From Desulfatiglandales bacterium (GTDB lineage Bacteria > Desulfobacterota > DSM-4660 > Desulfatiglandales > Desulfatiglandaceae): a stretch of 64,000 nucleotides of DNA. The translations under genes and the position numbers were made by a program. The stretch lies in assembly GCA_963666345.1 (NCBI GenBank), contig OY762721.1:1504001-1568000 (forward strand). Reading direction: 5' to 3'. Below are positions 32,728 through 42,443 of this stretch, piece after piece. The notes under the pieces are model-generated. The model made no database searches and was not told where the DNA came from. It saw nothing but the letters and a program-made list of their open reading frames with translations. Numbering within the stretch: the stretch's first letter is position 1; each line of letters opens with the position of its first letter.

Positions 32728-34191
32728 TTGGAACCTATTGAAATAAACACATTCAGACCCCGGATGCAGGTACTGGACAAGGAGCAGGCCTGGGCGATCC
32801 ACAATGCCGCCCTTGAGATCCTTGCAAAAACCGGCTTCAGGATGGAGCATGCCCGGGCAAGAGAGATGCTTGAAGACGCCGGCTGCACCGCCGGCAAGGA
32901 CGACTGGATGAGGATGCCCTCCTACATGGTTGAAGATGCCCTCAGAAGCGCCCCCGGACAGATAATGCTCTATGACCAGCAGGGGGAACCTGCCATGTCG
33001 ATCATGAGAGAGAACTGCTTCTTCGGTACCGGATCAGACACGATCTTTACATGTGACCTTGAAACGGGAAAAAGGAGAAGGACGATCTTAAAGGATATCG
33101 GAAAATTCGCGCACCTGGTGGACGGGCTGGACAACATGGCCTTTTCCATGTCAATGGGGAACCCGGCGGATGTTCCGATCAGGGACATATATGTCCATGT
33201 CTTCTCCGAGATGGTCAAATGCAGCAACAAGCCGATAATATTTATCGCGGACAGCGGAAAAGACATAGAGGCCATTCACCGGATAGCCTGCCTGGTGGCG
33301 GGCGGCGAGGACAGGCTCAGGCTCAGGCCCTTTCTTCTCAACTACTCCGAGGCCATAAGCCCTCTCAGGTTTCCGGAAAACGTGGTGGAAAAGCTGATCT
33401 TCTGCGCGGAGAAAAACATACCCATATGCCTGCCTTCAGGCTGTAACGCTGGAGGGGGCGGACCGGTTACGCTGGCAGGGGCCATGGCCCTGGGCATAGC
33501 GGAAAATCTTGTGGGGCTCGTCCTTCACCAGCTTACCTCAAAAGGGGCGCCCTTTCTTTTTGCCCCCAACGTGAGTGTCCTTGATATGAAGCACTCGGTA
33601 ATATCCTACGGTTGCACCGAGTGGAGCCTCACGCAGGCGGCCCTTGCCGACATGAGGGACGAGATCTACGGCATACCGATCTGGGCCTTTGCCGGGGCCA
33701 CCGATTCAAAGCTGGTCGACGGCCAGGCAGGGGCGGAAGGCATGCTTTCCATAATCACGGCAATGCTTTCCCGCTGCAATGTAATCCATGACGTGGGTTA
33801 TATCGAATCGGGCAGCACCTCATCCATGGAGATGCTCGTCATGGCAGACGAGCTTGCAGGCATGGGCAGGTACTTTGTAGAGGGTCTGGCTGTGACGGAA
33901 AACTCCCTTGCCCTCGATGTAATCGACAGGGTGGGCAGGGGGCCTGACGGCGCCATGTTTCTTACTGAAAACCATACGTTTGAGAACTTCAGGACATCCC
34001 ATTTCCTGCCGGAGCTTATGGACCGTTCCAGGCACGAGTCATGGGAGGCGGGCGGTTCAAAGGACCTGTCGGAAAGATGCCATGAAAAGGCGATTGAAAT
34101 ACTTGAAAACCATGAGGTCGTTCAAAAACCTGAACAACTGCTGACCGAGATCGAAGAAATCCTGAAAACGGGATCTGAAAGGAGTAACTGA
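32728..34191 (+). CDS. Trimethylamine methyltransferase (MttB) superfamily, non-pyrrolysine
   Basis: IH.AALEIL..TG, SPL, GPVTLAG, DSKLVDGQAG.E, LALDVI..VG, W...G.K; no in-frame amber. Confidence 0.9.
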   Translation: MEPIEINTFRPRMQVLDKEQAWAIHNAALEILAKTGFRMEHARAREMLEDAGCTAGKDDWMRMPSYMVEDALRSAPGQIMLYDQQGEPAMSIMRENCFFGTGSDTIFTCDLETGKRRRTILKDIGKFAHLVDGLDNMAFSMSMGNPADVPIRDIYVHVFSEMVKCSNKPIIFIADSGKDIEAIHRIACLVAGGEDRLRLRPFLLNYSEAISPLRFPENVVEKLIFCAEKNIPICLPSGCNAGGGGPVTLAGAMALGIAENLVGLVLHQLTSKGAPFLFAPNVSVLDMKHSVISYGCTEWSLTQAALADMRDEIYGIPIWAFAGATDSKLVDGQAGAEGMLSIITAMLSRCNVIHDVGYIESGSTSSMEMLVMADELAGMGRYFVEGLAVTENSLALDVIDRVGRGPDGAMFLTENHTFENFRTSHFLPELMDRSRHESWEAGGSKDLSERCHEKAIEILENHEVVQKPEQLLTEIEEILKTGSERSN

Positions 34192-34192
34192 T

Positions 34193-34870
34193 ATGTTTGA
34201 GTGCGGTGACATGAAAGAGGCCCTTGGCATTGGTGATATCGACAAGGTTTCCAGACTGGTTGAAAAGGCCTGCTCCGACGGTGTGAATGCGCAGGTGATA
34301 CTGGACGAAGGGCTGATCGGCGGGATGAGGCTCGTAGGCGAAAAGATGGAGAAAGGCAACATCTTCATCCCGGAGGTGCTTATGGCGGCAAAGGCCATGA
34401 ACCGGGGGGTCGAGATCCTCAAGCCGGCCCTGAATCAAACCGGATCAAAAAAACGGCACAGGGCCGTTATAGGTACCGTAAAAGGGGACCTGCATGACAT
34501 AGGAAAGAACCTGGTTTCAATGATGTGCCGGAGCACCGGCATGGAGGTGATAGATCTGGGGGTGGATGTTACTACCGACCGGTTTATGGAGGCGCTTGAA
34601 GAATCAGAGGCGGATCTGTTGTGCCTTTCAGCGCTTTTGACCACCACCATGCCTCAGATGAAGGATATAGTGCAGGAGGTAAAGTCAAACGGAATGGCCG
34701 AAAGGGTCAGGGTAATCGTGGGAGGCGCCCCTGTTACCCGGGCCTACGCGGACAGGATAGGTGCGGACGGTTACGCGGCAGACGCCTACGGTGCGACAAG
34801 GCTCGCAGAAGAGATATTCGCCACCACGACCTCCCCTGACAGGCATCGAGTGGAAGAGCATGGATCTTGA
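34193..34870 (+). CDS. Corrinoid (B12-binding) methyl-acceptor protein
   Basis: FIPEVLMAAKAM, GTVKGDLHDIGKNLV (DxHxxG), SALLTTTM, GGAPV. Confidence 0.95.
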   Translation: MFECGDMKEALGIGDIDKVSRLVEKACSDGVNAQVILDEGLIGGMRLVGEKMEKGNIFIPEVLMAAKAMNRGVEILKPALNQTGSKKRHRAVIGTVKGDLHDIGKNLVSMMCRSTGMEVIDLGVDVTTDRFMEALEESEADLLCLSALLTTTMPQMKDIVQEVKSNGMAERVRVIVGGAPVTRAYADRIGADGYAADAYGATRLAEEIFATTTSPDRHRVEEHGS

Positions 34871-35227
34871 GACATGCGCAAGGCAGCTTCCGTCCCGCCA
34901 AAAGGGGGGGTAATCTCAGGTACCACCATGATGAAAAAACACCTGGATGAGACTTAGTATCCAGGCGGTAACCCCATTTCCATTGTAAAGCCGATGAAGC
35001 CTTCGGCCCTTCATGAAGCAGGGCCGAAATATTTCGGCACCTGCTGATCAGGCAAAGGCCCGCCCTGTTTTGTTTCTTTTAACACTGTTTTTTAACTTTT
35101 CCGCTTCATTCCTGCCGGCCTGCATCCCTTTTCACTGAAAAGATTAAAAAAATACTTGTTTTTTGAACGATTTTATATTTAAGCTGTATTTCCCTGTGCA
35201 CCTTTTTCCGACTCACGTTGACATAAG

Positions 35228-35524
35228 ATGCAAAAAGACAGGCCAGCCCAAAAATTTATATCCACCGGATGCCTCATCGGGCCTGAAACAGGAAAGGCCC
35301 TCGGCACCACACTGGAGTTTACACCTCCCGGCATATCTGAACCCATAGCAGGCATCTTGGACGGAAGCCCTTTCAATCCCGACCCCTGTCAGCGGACAGG
35401 TGTTAATGCCTGCGCAGTCCGCGGCCGGATTCCCCTTTTTTTAGACCTTGAAAAACATGCATATACCAACGGAATATCCGTTGTTTATCCATATGGCAAG
35501 GTTGGAAGTCGGGCAATACCTTAA
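35228..35524 (+). pseudogene. Decayed, internally deleted ADP-ribosylglycohydrolase (DraG-like) remnant, copy 1
   Basis: GCLIG...KALGTTLEF.PPG..EPI....GSPF resembles the ARH N-terminus GxxxGDALGxxxEF...GGGPF...WTDD with catalytic residues lost; homologous to 44788-45099. Confidence 0.6.
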
Positions 35525-35557
35525 ATAGATCAGATGGAAAAAAAGGAGGGAGTGAGT

Positions 35558-35842
35558 ATGAACGAGGTTCATGACGAAAACGGCTATGGTCTCGTGATCT
35601 TCAAGCCGGGAACACCGTCCGGCACAAAGGTCAAATCAGTCATCTTTTTCATTATCCTCTGCATCATCATCCTGGCGCAGGCGTGCTACTGGCTCTTTGC
35701 CAACAGCGCCGAACCGATCGTCCTTGGGATGCCCTACGGCATGTTCTTTGTGGTGCTTCTCATATTTATCGAATTCATTGCGCTGGTGGCCCTGTATTTT
35801 TCCGATAACAAATCAGAGCCGGGAGAAGGAGGTGCAAAATGA
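35558..35842 (+). CDS. Small two-TM membrane protein (symporter accessory, DUF3311-like)
   Basis: Two TM segments, EPIVLGMP; AGGAGG RBS; ATGA overlap with symporter. Confidence 0.75.
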   Translation: MNEVHDENGYGLVIFKPGTPSGTKVKSVIFFIILCIIILAQACYWLFANSAEPIVLGMPYGMFFVVLLIFIEFIALVALYFSDNKSEPGEGGAK

Positions 35843-37296
35843 ACTGGATAATTACCCTGTCAGTCATCATTGCCTACCTGTTTATCGTCTTCTGCATAGG
35901 TTCCCTTTCCGGCCGGGGACGCGAAAACTCGGTGCAGGAATACATAGCAGCCAACCGCAATCTCGGGTTCGTTGTCATGTACTTTCTCATGGGAGGCGCC
36001 ATATTCAGCGCGTTTGCCTACCTGGGCGGCCCGGGATGGGCATATTCCAAGGGGGCGGCGGCCTTCTACATCCTGGGGTACTGCGCGCTCGGGCTTGTGC
36101 CCTGGTGGATCTGGGGCCCGCGGGCGGCCCGTGCAGGGAAGAAATTCCGCTACGTGACACAGGCCCAGCTGTTCTCGGACCGTTTCCAGTCAAAGGCCCT
36201 CTCAGTCATTATCGCCGTGGTAAGCATCCTGGCATTTATCCAGTACATCACGCTCCAGATGAAGGGAAGCGCCTACGTGTTTGAGGTCGCCTCCGAAGGA
36301 AGGATTCCCTTCTGGGCGGGCGCGATCATCGCCTATGTGGTGGTGGTGGCATACGTACTGTTCGGGGGCGTGCGTGCGGTGGCCTGGACAAACGTGTTCC
36401 AGGGGATCTTCATGGTGGTTACCGCCTGGGTCCTGGGGCTCTATTTCGCCTACTCCCTTTATGACGGCCCGGGAAACATGTTTTTGCAGATAAACGACAA
36501 GCTCCCCACCCATCTGCTGGTGGGACCCGGCACCAAACTGGGATACATGGAGTATGCAACAGCCCTCCTTGTATCGGTTCTCGGCTTTTCCATGTGGCCG
36601 CATCTTTTCATGAAGGCCTATACGGCTGAAAGCGAAAAGGTTCTGAAGCGAACCATCGTCTGGTACCCGACATTCGCCATATTCCTGGTGCCTGTGCTCT
36701 TTATCGGATTTGCTGGCATCATGCAGGTCGACCCGAAGGTGCTCGGTGCACCCGACAGGATTCTGCCGTGGATGTTCGCCAACATGAAGTTCGGGCCCTT
36801 TGCCATAGGCCTTGTACTTGCCGCGGCCCTGGCAGCCGCCATGTCCACTCAGGACACGATCACGCATGCGGCAGGCTCCATATTTGCGCAGGACCTGGTC
36901 GAGGTCCTTAAGAAGGAAAAACATACTGAAGAGGAAGCCACCCGCTGGATCAGGATCTCGGTGGTGGGCTTCGGCCTTGTCTCCTATCTCATAGCCGTAT
37001 TCGGAGGCCAGACACTCGTGTCGCTCCTTCTGGGGGCATACGGCTCCATCGTGCAGCTGCTTCCGCTTGCGGCCGCCACCTTTTTCTGGCCCAGGGCTAC
37101 CAAGGCCGGCGCCATCTGCGGCATACTCACGGGAGTCATGTTCAACTACGCAATAGTGCTCAAGCTTATACCCAAATTCGCGGGCATTCACGCAGGCATC
37201 CAGGGGCTGGTGCTCAATATCATAGTGCTGGTGATAATCTCCTACCTGACCCGGCCCATGGAAAAAGAGCATGTGCGCAAGTTTGTGGAAATCTGA
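35839..37296 (+). CDS. Sodium:solute symporter family protein
   Basis: FSAFAYLGGPGWAY, GGVRAVAWT, AAAMST.D, about 13 TM segments. Confidence 0.92.
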   Translation: MNWIITLSVIIAYLFIVFCIGSLSGRGRENSVQEYIAANRNLGFVVMYFLMGGAIFSAFAYLGGPGWAYSKGAAAFYILGYCALGLVPWWIWGPRAARAGKKFRYVTQAQLFSDRFQSKALSVIIAVVSILAFIQYITLQMKGSAYVFEVASEGRIPFWAGAIIAYVVVVAYVLFGGVRAVAWTNVFQGIFMVVTAWVLGLYFAYSLYDGPGNMFLQINDKLPTHLLVGPGTKLGYMEYATALLVSVLGFSMWPHLFMKAYTAESEKVLKRTIVWYPTFAIFLVPVLFIGFAGIMQVDPKVLGAPDRILPWMFANMKFGPFAIGLVLAAALAAAMSTQDTITHAAGSIFAQDLVEVLKKEKHTEEEATRWIRISVVGFGLVSYLIAVFGGQTLVSLLLGAYGSIVQLLPLAAATFFWPRATKAGAICGILTGVMFNYAIVLKLIPKFAGIHAGIQGLVLNIIVLVIISYLTRPMEKEHVRKFVEI

Positions 37297-37313
37297 TAAA
37301 TCTTTCTAAAATC

Positions 37314-37348
37314 CGACCGGGGCGGGCCCAAAAGCCCCGCCCCGGTCG
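37314..37348 (+). terminator. GC-rich stem-loop after symporter
   Basis: CGACCGGGGCGGG...CCCGCCCCGGTCG 13-bp stem; weak U-tract. Confidence 0.5.
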
Positions 37349-37355
37349 ATTGACA

Positions 37356-37502
37356 TTGATGACGTCTTAAAAGGTAATAATTGAGACGGTAAACCAAAAA
37401 GCTCCAAATGCAAGTCTTGAGGAATGAGGAGTACTCTCAGTACGTCGCAATGACGAAAGATGAAGCGTAACGCAGCAGTTGGACTTTTTACGAAACCGTC
37501 AA
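37356..37502. mobile_element. MITE-like element (~147 bp)
   Basis: Imperfect terminal IRs TTGATGACGTCTTAAAAGG / CTTTTTACGAAACCGTCAA; non-coding; intergenic. Confidence 0.55.
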
Positions 37503-37533
37503 CTTTCACAATTAACAGAAATGGAAAAAAACC

Positions 37534-38697
37534 ATGACAGACCTGAAAGATATCATAGCCTCACACAGGGCACAGATAATCAAATGGCGGCGCGAGCTGC
37601 ACACGATCCCGGAGACGGGATTCAACGAGAAAAAGACCGCCGCCTATGTGGCGGACCAGCTGACCCGCCTAGGGCTTGAGACAAGGAAGGGGATCGCCAA
37701 AAACGGTCTGGTCGGCCTTATGCAGCTTGAAGGGCCTGGTAAGACCGTGATGGTAAGATCAGACATGGACGCGCTACCGATAAAGGAGGAAACCGGTCTA
37801 TCCTTTTCCTCCACACATGAAGGCACAATGCACGCCTGCGGCCACGACGGACACATGGCCATGGTGCTCGGGGCTGCACTCGTTACCGGCAAGCTCAAAG
37901 ACAAACTCAAGGGCAACGTAAAATTCCTGTTTCAGCCTGCAGAAGAGGGTCCCGGCGGCGCAAAACCGATGATCGAAGAAGGGGTGATGGAAGACCCCCA
38001 CGTGGATTTTTCAATCGGCGCGCACGTGTGGCCCGCCCTTCCAAAGGGCACGGTAGGGGTAAAGGCGGGCAGGCTCATGGCGGCAATGGACTGGTTCACC
38101 CTTGTGATTAAGGGAAAAGGGGGCCACGGCGCCATGCCCCACATGTGCATTGACCCGATAGATACCGCAGCCCAGGTCATAAACTCCCTCCAGAGAATCG
38201 TAAGCCGTCGCATGAACCCCCAGAACCCCACGGTGGTAACGATCGGCGCGATAAAAGGGGGCAGCACCTTTAACATCATACCGGATACGGTCGAGATGCA
38301 AGGCACCACCAGGACCTTTGACCGGACCATATGGGAGTCGTGGCCCGAGCGGATGGAACAAGTCATAAAGGGTGTGTGTGACGCGGCAGGTGCGGAATAT
38401 GAGCTTGACTACAACCAGGGATACCCGCCCACCCTGAATGACGCGGTAATGGCCGAGATTGCAGGAAGATGCGCGGCCGATACGGTCGGAGCGGACAAAG
38501 TGGTCGAGCCTGAGCCCACCATGGGAGGTGAGGACATGTCCTTTTATCTTGAAAGGTCAAAGGGCTGCTTCATATTCCTCGGCACCGGGACAAAGGGCTG
38601 CGCCCCCCTTCACAACAGCCGGTTTGATTTTGACGAGGATGTCCTACTTACCGGGGTGGAACTCTACTGCAGGATGCTCCTTGAGCTTCTCGGCTGA
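37534..38697 (+). CDS. M20 family amidohydrolase
   Basis: RRELH..PE, RSDMDALP, MHACGHDGH, FQPAEEG, GGEDM, LHN. Confidence 0.93.
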   Translation: MTDLKDIIASHRAQIIKWRRELHTIPETGFNEKKTAAYVADQLTRLGLETRKGIAKNGLVGLMQLEGPGKTVMVRSDMDALPIKEETGLSFSSTHEGTMHACGHDGHMAMVLGAALVTGKLKDKLKGNVKFLFQPAEEGPGGAKPMIEEGVMEDPHVDFSIGAHVWPALPKGTVGVKAGRLMAAMDWFTLVIKGKGGHGAMPHMCIDPIDTAAQVINSLQRIVSRRMNPQNPTVVTIGAIKGGSTFNIIPDTVEMQGTTRTFDRTIWESWPERMEQVIKGVCDAAGAEYELDYNQGYPPTLNDAVMAEIAGRCAADTVGADKVVEPEPTMGGEDMSFYLERSKGCFIFLGTGTKGCAPLHNSRFDFDEDVLLTGVELYCRMLLELLG

Positions 38698-38749
38698 TCA
38701 CTCACTGCGGGCATCTTTCTTATTTTGAAACAATCGAGATCTTTTGTCC

Positions 38750-38800
38750 GGTCACCCATGTTTATCAGGTAAAACCGATAAATTCATGGGTGTCCCCCTT
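38750..38800 (+). repeat. Cassette-boundary repeat R1, forming an inverted doublet hairpin
   Basis: AAAACCGATAAATTCATGGGTGTCCCCCT preceded by a degenerate reverse copy GGTCACCCATGTTTATCAGGT. Confidence 0.85.
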
Positions 38801-38819
38801 ATCGCTGCGTCAAAACAGC

Positions 38820-38855
38820 TTGCATCCCCTGTTTTTAATGACTATAATTATAGTC
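38820..38855 (+). promoter_or_regulatory. sigma70 promoter with palindromic operator for the phd-relE pair
   Basis: TTGCAT-17 bp-TATAAT; perfect palindrome GACTATAATTATAGTC 38840-38855 covers the -10. Confidence 0.75.
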
Positions 38856-38881
38856 TAAATGGGATGTAAAGGAGACCAGCA

Positions 38882-39154
38882 ATGACCAGAACCATTTCAC
38901 TTGCCGAGGCAAAAAAAAGCCTTTCCGCCATTGTAAAGGATGTTGATGAAAAATACGACCGCTTCGCCATTACAAGAAACGGCGTGAGTAAGGCCGTGCT
39001 CCTTAGCAGCGATGAATTCGAGGGGCTCCTTGAAACCATCGAAATTCTTTCAGCCGCGGAGGAGCGTGACGCCATAGCAAGGGCAAAGAAACAGGTGAGA
39101 TCGGGTGAAACCGTTTCTATCAGGAAAATCAGGGAAAGGTACGATATCGATTAA
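38882..39154 (+). CDS. Phd/YefM antitoxin
   Basis: ISLAEAK..LS.IV, ITRNG..KAVLLS..EFEGL.ETIEIL. Confidence 0.92.
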   Translation: MTRTISLAEAKKSLSAIVKDVDEKYDRFAITRNGVSKAVLLSSDEFEGLLETIEILSAAEERDAIARAKKQVRSGETVSIRKIRERYDID

Positions 39155-39417
39155 TGCCCCACTCTATTGAATTCTCAAAAGAGGCCGCACGGGACATCGA
39201 TGTCCTTTACTCTTCAGATAAAAAGCTCTTTACCAGAATAATCAACAAGATTGAATCTCTTGAGGAAACTCCCTTTGAAGGCAAACCCCTTGTGGGCAAT
39301 CACAGGGGTGAGTTCTCCTTGAGGGTGGGAAATTACCGCATCGTCTATGAAACCGATTCCCCGGCAAAAACCGTCTACATACTCACCATCAAACACCGAA
39401 GGCATGTGTACAAGTAG
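39154..39417 (+). CDS. RelE/ParE-family toxin
   Basis: GKPL.G...G.FSLRVGNYRIVY, I.HRR.VY; TAATG overlap. Confidence 0.92.
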   Translation: MPHSIEFSKEAARDIDVLYSSDKKLFTRIINKIESLEETPFEGKPLVGNHRGEFSLRVGNYRIVYETDSPAKTVYILTIKHRRHVYK

Positions 39418-39476
39418 CCGATATTTTTAATGGGTATCCGCTTGATACGGTCGTTATCATAAAAAAATGAGTGGAA

Positions 39477-39498
39477 ATACCACGCAATTGCGTGGTAT
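39477..39498. promoter_or_regulatory. Perfect 22-bp palindrome, probable operator
   Basis: ATACCACGCAATTGCGTGGTAT just upstream of HTH-MNT gene. Confidence 0.65.
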
Positions 39499-39509
39499 AA
39501 ACACGCAAT

Positions 39510-40097
39510 ATGGATACATTGAATACGATATTATCTTCCCGCACCCGCGCTGAAATCTTCAGGCTCCTTTTCGGCACCGTCGAGGAGGAGCTTCACCTTC
39601 GTGAGATCCAGCGCCGTTCCGGACTTAACGACAGCACAATCCGTCAGGAATTGCGTAAACTGCTTCAACTCGATCTGGTAAAGGGGCGAAAGGACAGTAA
39701 CAGGATCTATTACAGTGGCAACAGATCACACCCTCTCCATCCTGAAATCCGGAATATGGTTTTAAAGACTGTAGGCCTTGCTCAAGTCCTGAGAGACGCC
39801 CTTCAGGACGAACGGATTGAAGTGGCCTTTGTCTTCGGCTCTGTTGCAGAGGGCAAGGCAACCGCCGACAGTGATATTGACCTCTTTGTAATTGGAGATC
39901 TGGGCCTGCGCTCACTTTCAGAACTGCTCTCAGACACCTCCGAAAAAATCGGAAGAGAAATCAACCCTCACGTGATGAATGTAAGTTCCTTTCTTAAAAG
40001 GGTCGAAACCGGTGAACATTTTGTTTCCAGCGTAATCGAATCGCAGAAATTGTTCATAATCGGGACTGAAAATGACCTTAAAGCAATGGGCCGATAA
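39510..40097 (+). CDS. Winged-HTH plus minimal nucleotidyltransferase (MNT) antitoxin-like protein
   Basis: N-terminal HTH LHLREIQRRSG; FVFGSVAEG...DSDIDL. Confidence 0.88.
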   Translation: MDTLNTILSSRTRAEIFRLLFGTVEEELHLREIQRRSGLNDSTIRQELRKLLQLDLVKGRKDSNRIYYSGNRSHPLHPEIRNMVLKTVGLAQVLRDALQDERIEVAFVFGSVAEGKATADSDIDLFVIGDLGLRSLSELLSDTSEKIGREINPHVMNVSSFLKRVETGEHFVSSVIESQKLFIIGTENDLKAMGR

Positions 40098-40511
40098 CGG
40101 CTGGCTGACTTCTCATAAATCAAGTGCACAGGAAATAGGCAATCTCCTGGCTATTGTCGAGCGCGACATTAAAGACGCTTCTAAAAGAACCATTTCCGCG
40201 GATTGGCGCTTTGGGATCGCCTATAATGCCGCTTTAAAACTTTGCACCATCCTTCTTTATGCCGAAGGCTACAGGGCGGAAAGAAACCTTCAGCATTACC
40301 GTACTATTCAGGCCCTGCCACTCATCTTGGGACAAGAGAAAAAAAGGATGCAAATTACCTGGACACATGCCGCTCAAAAAGGAACATCGTCGAATACGAT
40401 TACGTTGGAGGGGTCACGGAAGAAGATGCGGAAGAACTCATTGATTTTGCAGAAGGCCTGAAAGAGGAAGTTGAAGTATGGCTTGAAAAAAGGCATCCGC
40501 TACTTGCATAG
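40072..40511 (+). pseudogene. HEPN-like toxin partner, frameshifted at A7 run 40339-40345
   Basis: N-half (WRFGIAYNAAL..., 40072 frame) and C-half (DANYLDTCRSKRNIVEYD..., 40242 frame) join if one A is added. Confidence 0.75.
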
Positions 40512-40570
40512 GGAAAACTCCCGCTGAACCTCCAATCGTCACCTCACCGACAAATTACGCTTAAATTCAG

Positions 40571-40601
40571 GAGAAACTGATAATTTCATGGGCGTCCCCC
40601 T
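40571..40601 (+). repeat. Cassette-boundary repeat R2 (subtype A)
   Basis: GAGAAACTGATAATTTCATGGGCGTCCCCCT. Confidence 0.95.
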
Positions 40602-40655
40602 TATTGCTTTAAGGGGAGAAACCGGCAGATCAATAATAGCTGCCCTATCATTTTT

Positions 40656-40671
40656 ACATCAATATTGATGT
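40656..40671. promoter_or_regulatory. Palindromic operator of HigBA-like pair
   Basis: ACATCAATATTGATGT, perfect 16-bp palindrome 9 nt before ATG. Confidence 0.65.
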
Positions 40672-40680
40672 TGACCAGCC

Positions 40681-41034
40681 ATGGAATTTACTATAGAATT
40701 TTATGAAACCAGCTCGGGTAGATCCCCTGTGCGTGAGTTTCTTGATAAGATCAAGGGATCCAGTCCCGATGATTTTGCGATGGTCCTGGCAGGGCTGGCA
40801 AAGCTCCGAAAAAGTAATTATCACAAGGCACCTCTATCAAAACCGATAGGGAACGATCTTTTCGAATTGCGACATGTCGGCAGGTTGAATACCAGAATCT
40901 TATACTTTTTTATGAAAGGAAGACGGATAATCCTTGTCCATGGCTTGAGGAAAAAGACAAGAGCCATCCCCGCCGGCGACCGGCAGGTTGCCATGGAGAG
41001 GAAAGAAGACTGGCTGAAGAGGAATACAACATGA
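40681..41034 (+). CDS. RelE/HigB-like (Gp49-type) toxin
   Basis: IEFYET.SG.SPV.EFL, LFELR, RILYFF, LVHG..KKT..IP. Confidence 0.9.
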   Translation: MEFTIEFYETSSGRSPVREFLDKIKGSSPDDFAMVLAGLAKLRKSNYHKAPLSKPIGNDLFELRHVGRLNTRILYFFMKGRRIILVHGLRKKTRAIPAGDRQVAMERKEDWLKRNTT

Positions 41035-41378
41035 AGGGAAAAACAGACTTTGACCGCTACCTTGAAGATCAATTGAAAAATCCCGAATTTGCCGCACGAT
41101 TCAAAAAGGCCGGCCAGGCCTGGGAGATTGCCATGCAGCTTGCCGCACTGCGTAAGGAATCAGGCTTATCTCAAAAGGAACTCGCAAATCGTCTCGGGAC
41201 ATCTCAGCAACAGATCAGCCGTCTTGAATCACCTGGCTATGAGGGGCATTCCCTGAGCATGATACGTCGATTTGCCGATGAACTGGGAGCTGCAGTCCAG
41301 GTAAGGATTGTAAAAAAGAGGCATACTGAAAAACTCGCCATCGCGGAAAAAAAGGGAGAATACCTGAACAAAACCTGA
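41031..41378 (+). CDS. XRE-HTH antitoxin (HigA-like)
   Basis: LRKESGLSQKELA.RLGTSQQQISRLE. Confidence 0.9.
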   Translation: MKGKTDFDRYLEDQLKNPEFAARFKKAGQAWEIAMQLAALRKESGLSQKELANRLGTSQQQISRLESPGYEGHSLSMIRRFADELGAAVQVRIVKKRHTEKLAIAEKKGEYLNKT

Positions 41379-41620
41379 TTTCCGGATGATGCCTTCGGCC
41401 CTGCATGTCGCAGGGCCGAAATATCCTGTCAATCCTGTTAATCAAGCGAAGCGGGAGGTTGATAACTCCTTTTTCTTCCTCGAAATACACCGACTTTTTT
41501 GCAATTACTCTGCAAAATATCCGCATCCGCCTTGCAAAAAAGGCCGTTAACTTTACATAAAGTCATTTGAAATTCAAGCGCTACACTGAGCATAAACATC
41601 TGATGTGAACTAAATATCAG

Positions 41621-41651
41621 GAGAAAAGCATAAAATCATGGGCGTCCCCCT
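41621..41651 (+). repeat. Cassette-boundary repeat R3 (subtype B)
   Basis: GAGAAAAGCATAAAATCATGGGCGTCCCCCT. Confidence 0.95.
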
Positions 41652-41892
41652 TATCTTTTTATGGTACAATAAATGTCCGATTATCATCCGGCATTTTGCG
41701 GAAATCATCCTATTTATTGCCATCCCAGCCGGTGCATAGACTCACTCAAGGGCCAGGCCAATTTTCAAAGAAATCTGCCCGAATCAGGCAGGGATCAGGC
41801 AACCTGGTTGAAATCGGTCATAAATTGTGACCGGTTCCAATCAGCAACATATGAGGCCACCATACAAAACCATCAGGATCAGGAAGTATAAA

Positions 41893-42417
41893 ATGCCCGG
41901 TCTTTTGCCTATTGAAAGAATCATCGAAAGGATTCATCTCATAAGAGGTATAAAGGTTATGATAGACAAGGATTTGGCACAGCTCTATGGTGTGGAAACA
42001 AAAGTCCTGAAGCAGTCTGTAAGAAGGAATATAAGACGGTTTCCCTCAGATTTCATGTTTGAACTGACAACACAGGAATATCAGTTTTTAAGGTCACAAA
42101 ATGTGACCTTAAAGAGAGGGCAGCACTCAAAGTACCCACCCTTTGCCTTTACAGAACAGGGAGTAGCAATGCTTTCATCAGTTCTTAACAGCGAGCGCGC
42201 AATAAATGCAAACATCCAGATCATGAGGGCATTTACACAGCTACGCCAGGTTTTGGCAGGACATGAGGACTTGAAAAGGAAGATAGAAGATCTTGAAAAA
42301 AAGTATGACCCCCAGTTCAGCGTAGTATTTGACGCAATCAAGGCCTTGATGGAAGAAGATCAAAAACCCCGAAGAAAAATCGGATTTGTGATAAAGGATA
42401 AAAAAGAGACTCACTGA
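41893..42417 (+). CDS. ORF6N-domain DNA-binding protein
   Basis: IRG.KVMID.DLA.LYGVETK.L.Q.V.RN..RFP.DFMFEL, PFAFTEQGVAMLSSVLNS, RRKIGF. Confidence 0.92.
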   Translation: MPGLLPIERIIERIHLIRGIKVMIDKDLAQLYGVETKVLKQSVRRNIRRFPSDFMFELTTQEYQFLRSQNVTLKRGQHSKYPPFAFTEQGVAMLSSVLNSERAINANIQIMRAFTQLRQVLAGHEDLKRKIEDLEKKYDPQFSVVFDAIKALMEEDQKPRRKIGFVIKDKKETH

Positions 42418-42443
42418 AAGATATGTGGTTTGTAACATAAGGG

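Noticed and set aside
32728..34191. Pyrrolysine recoding in MttB-family gene
   Set aside because: ORF is continuous with no in-frame TAG.
36202..37272. Long antisense ORFs (e.g. 36202-37272, 11248-12030, 32175-32897)
   Set aside because: Shadows of well-supported genes on the opposite strand, with no recognisable motifs.
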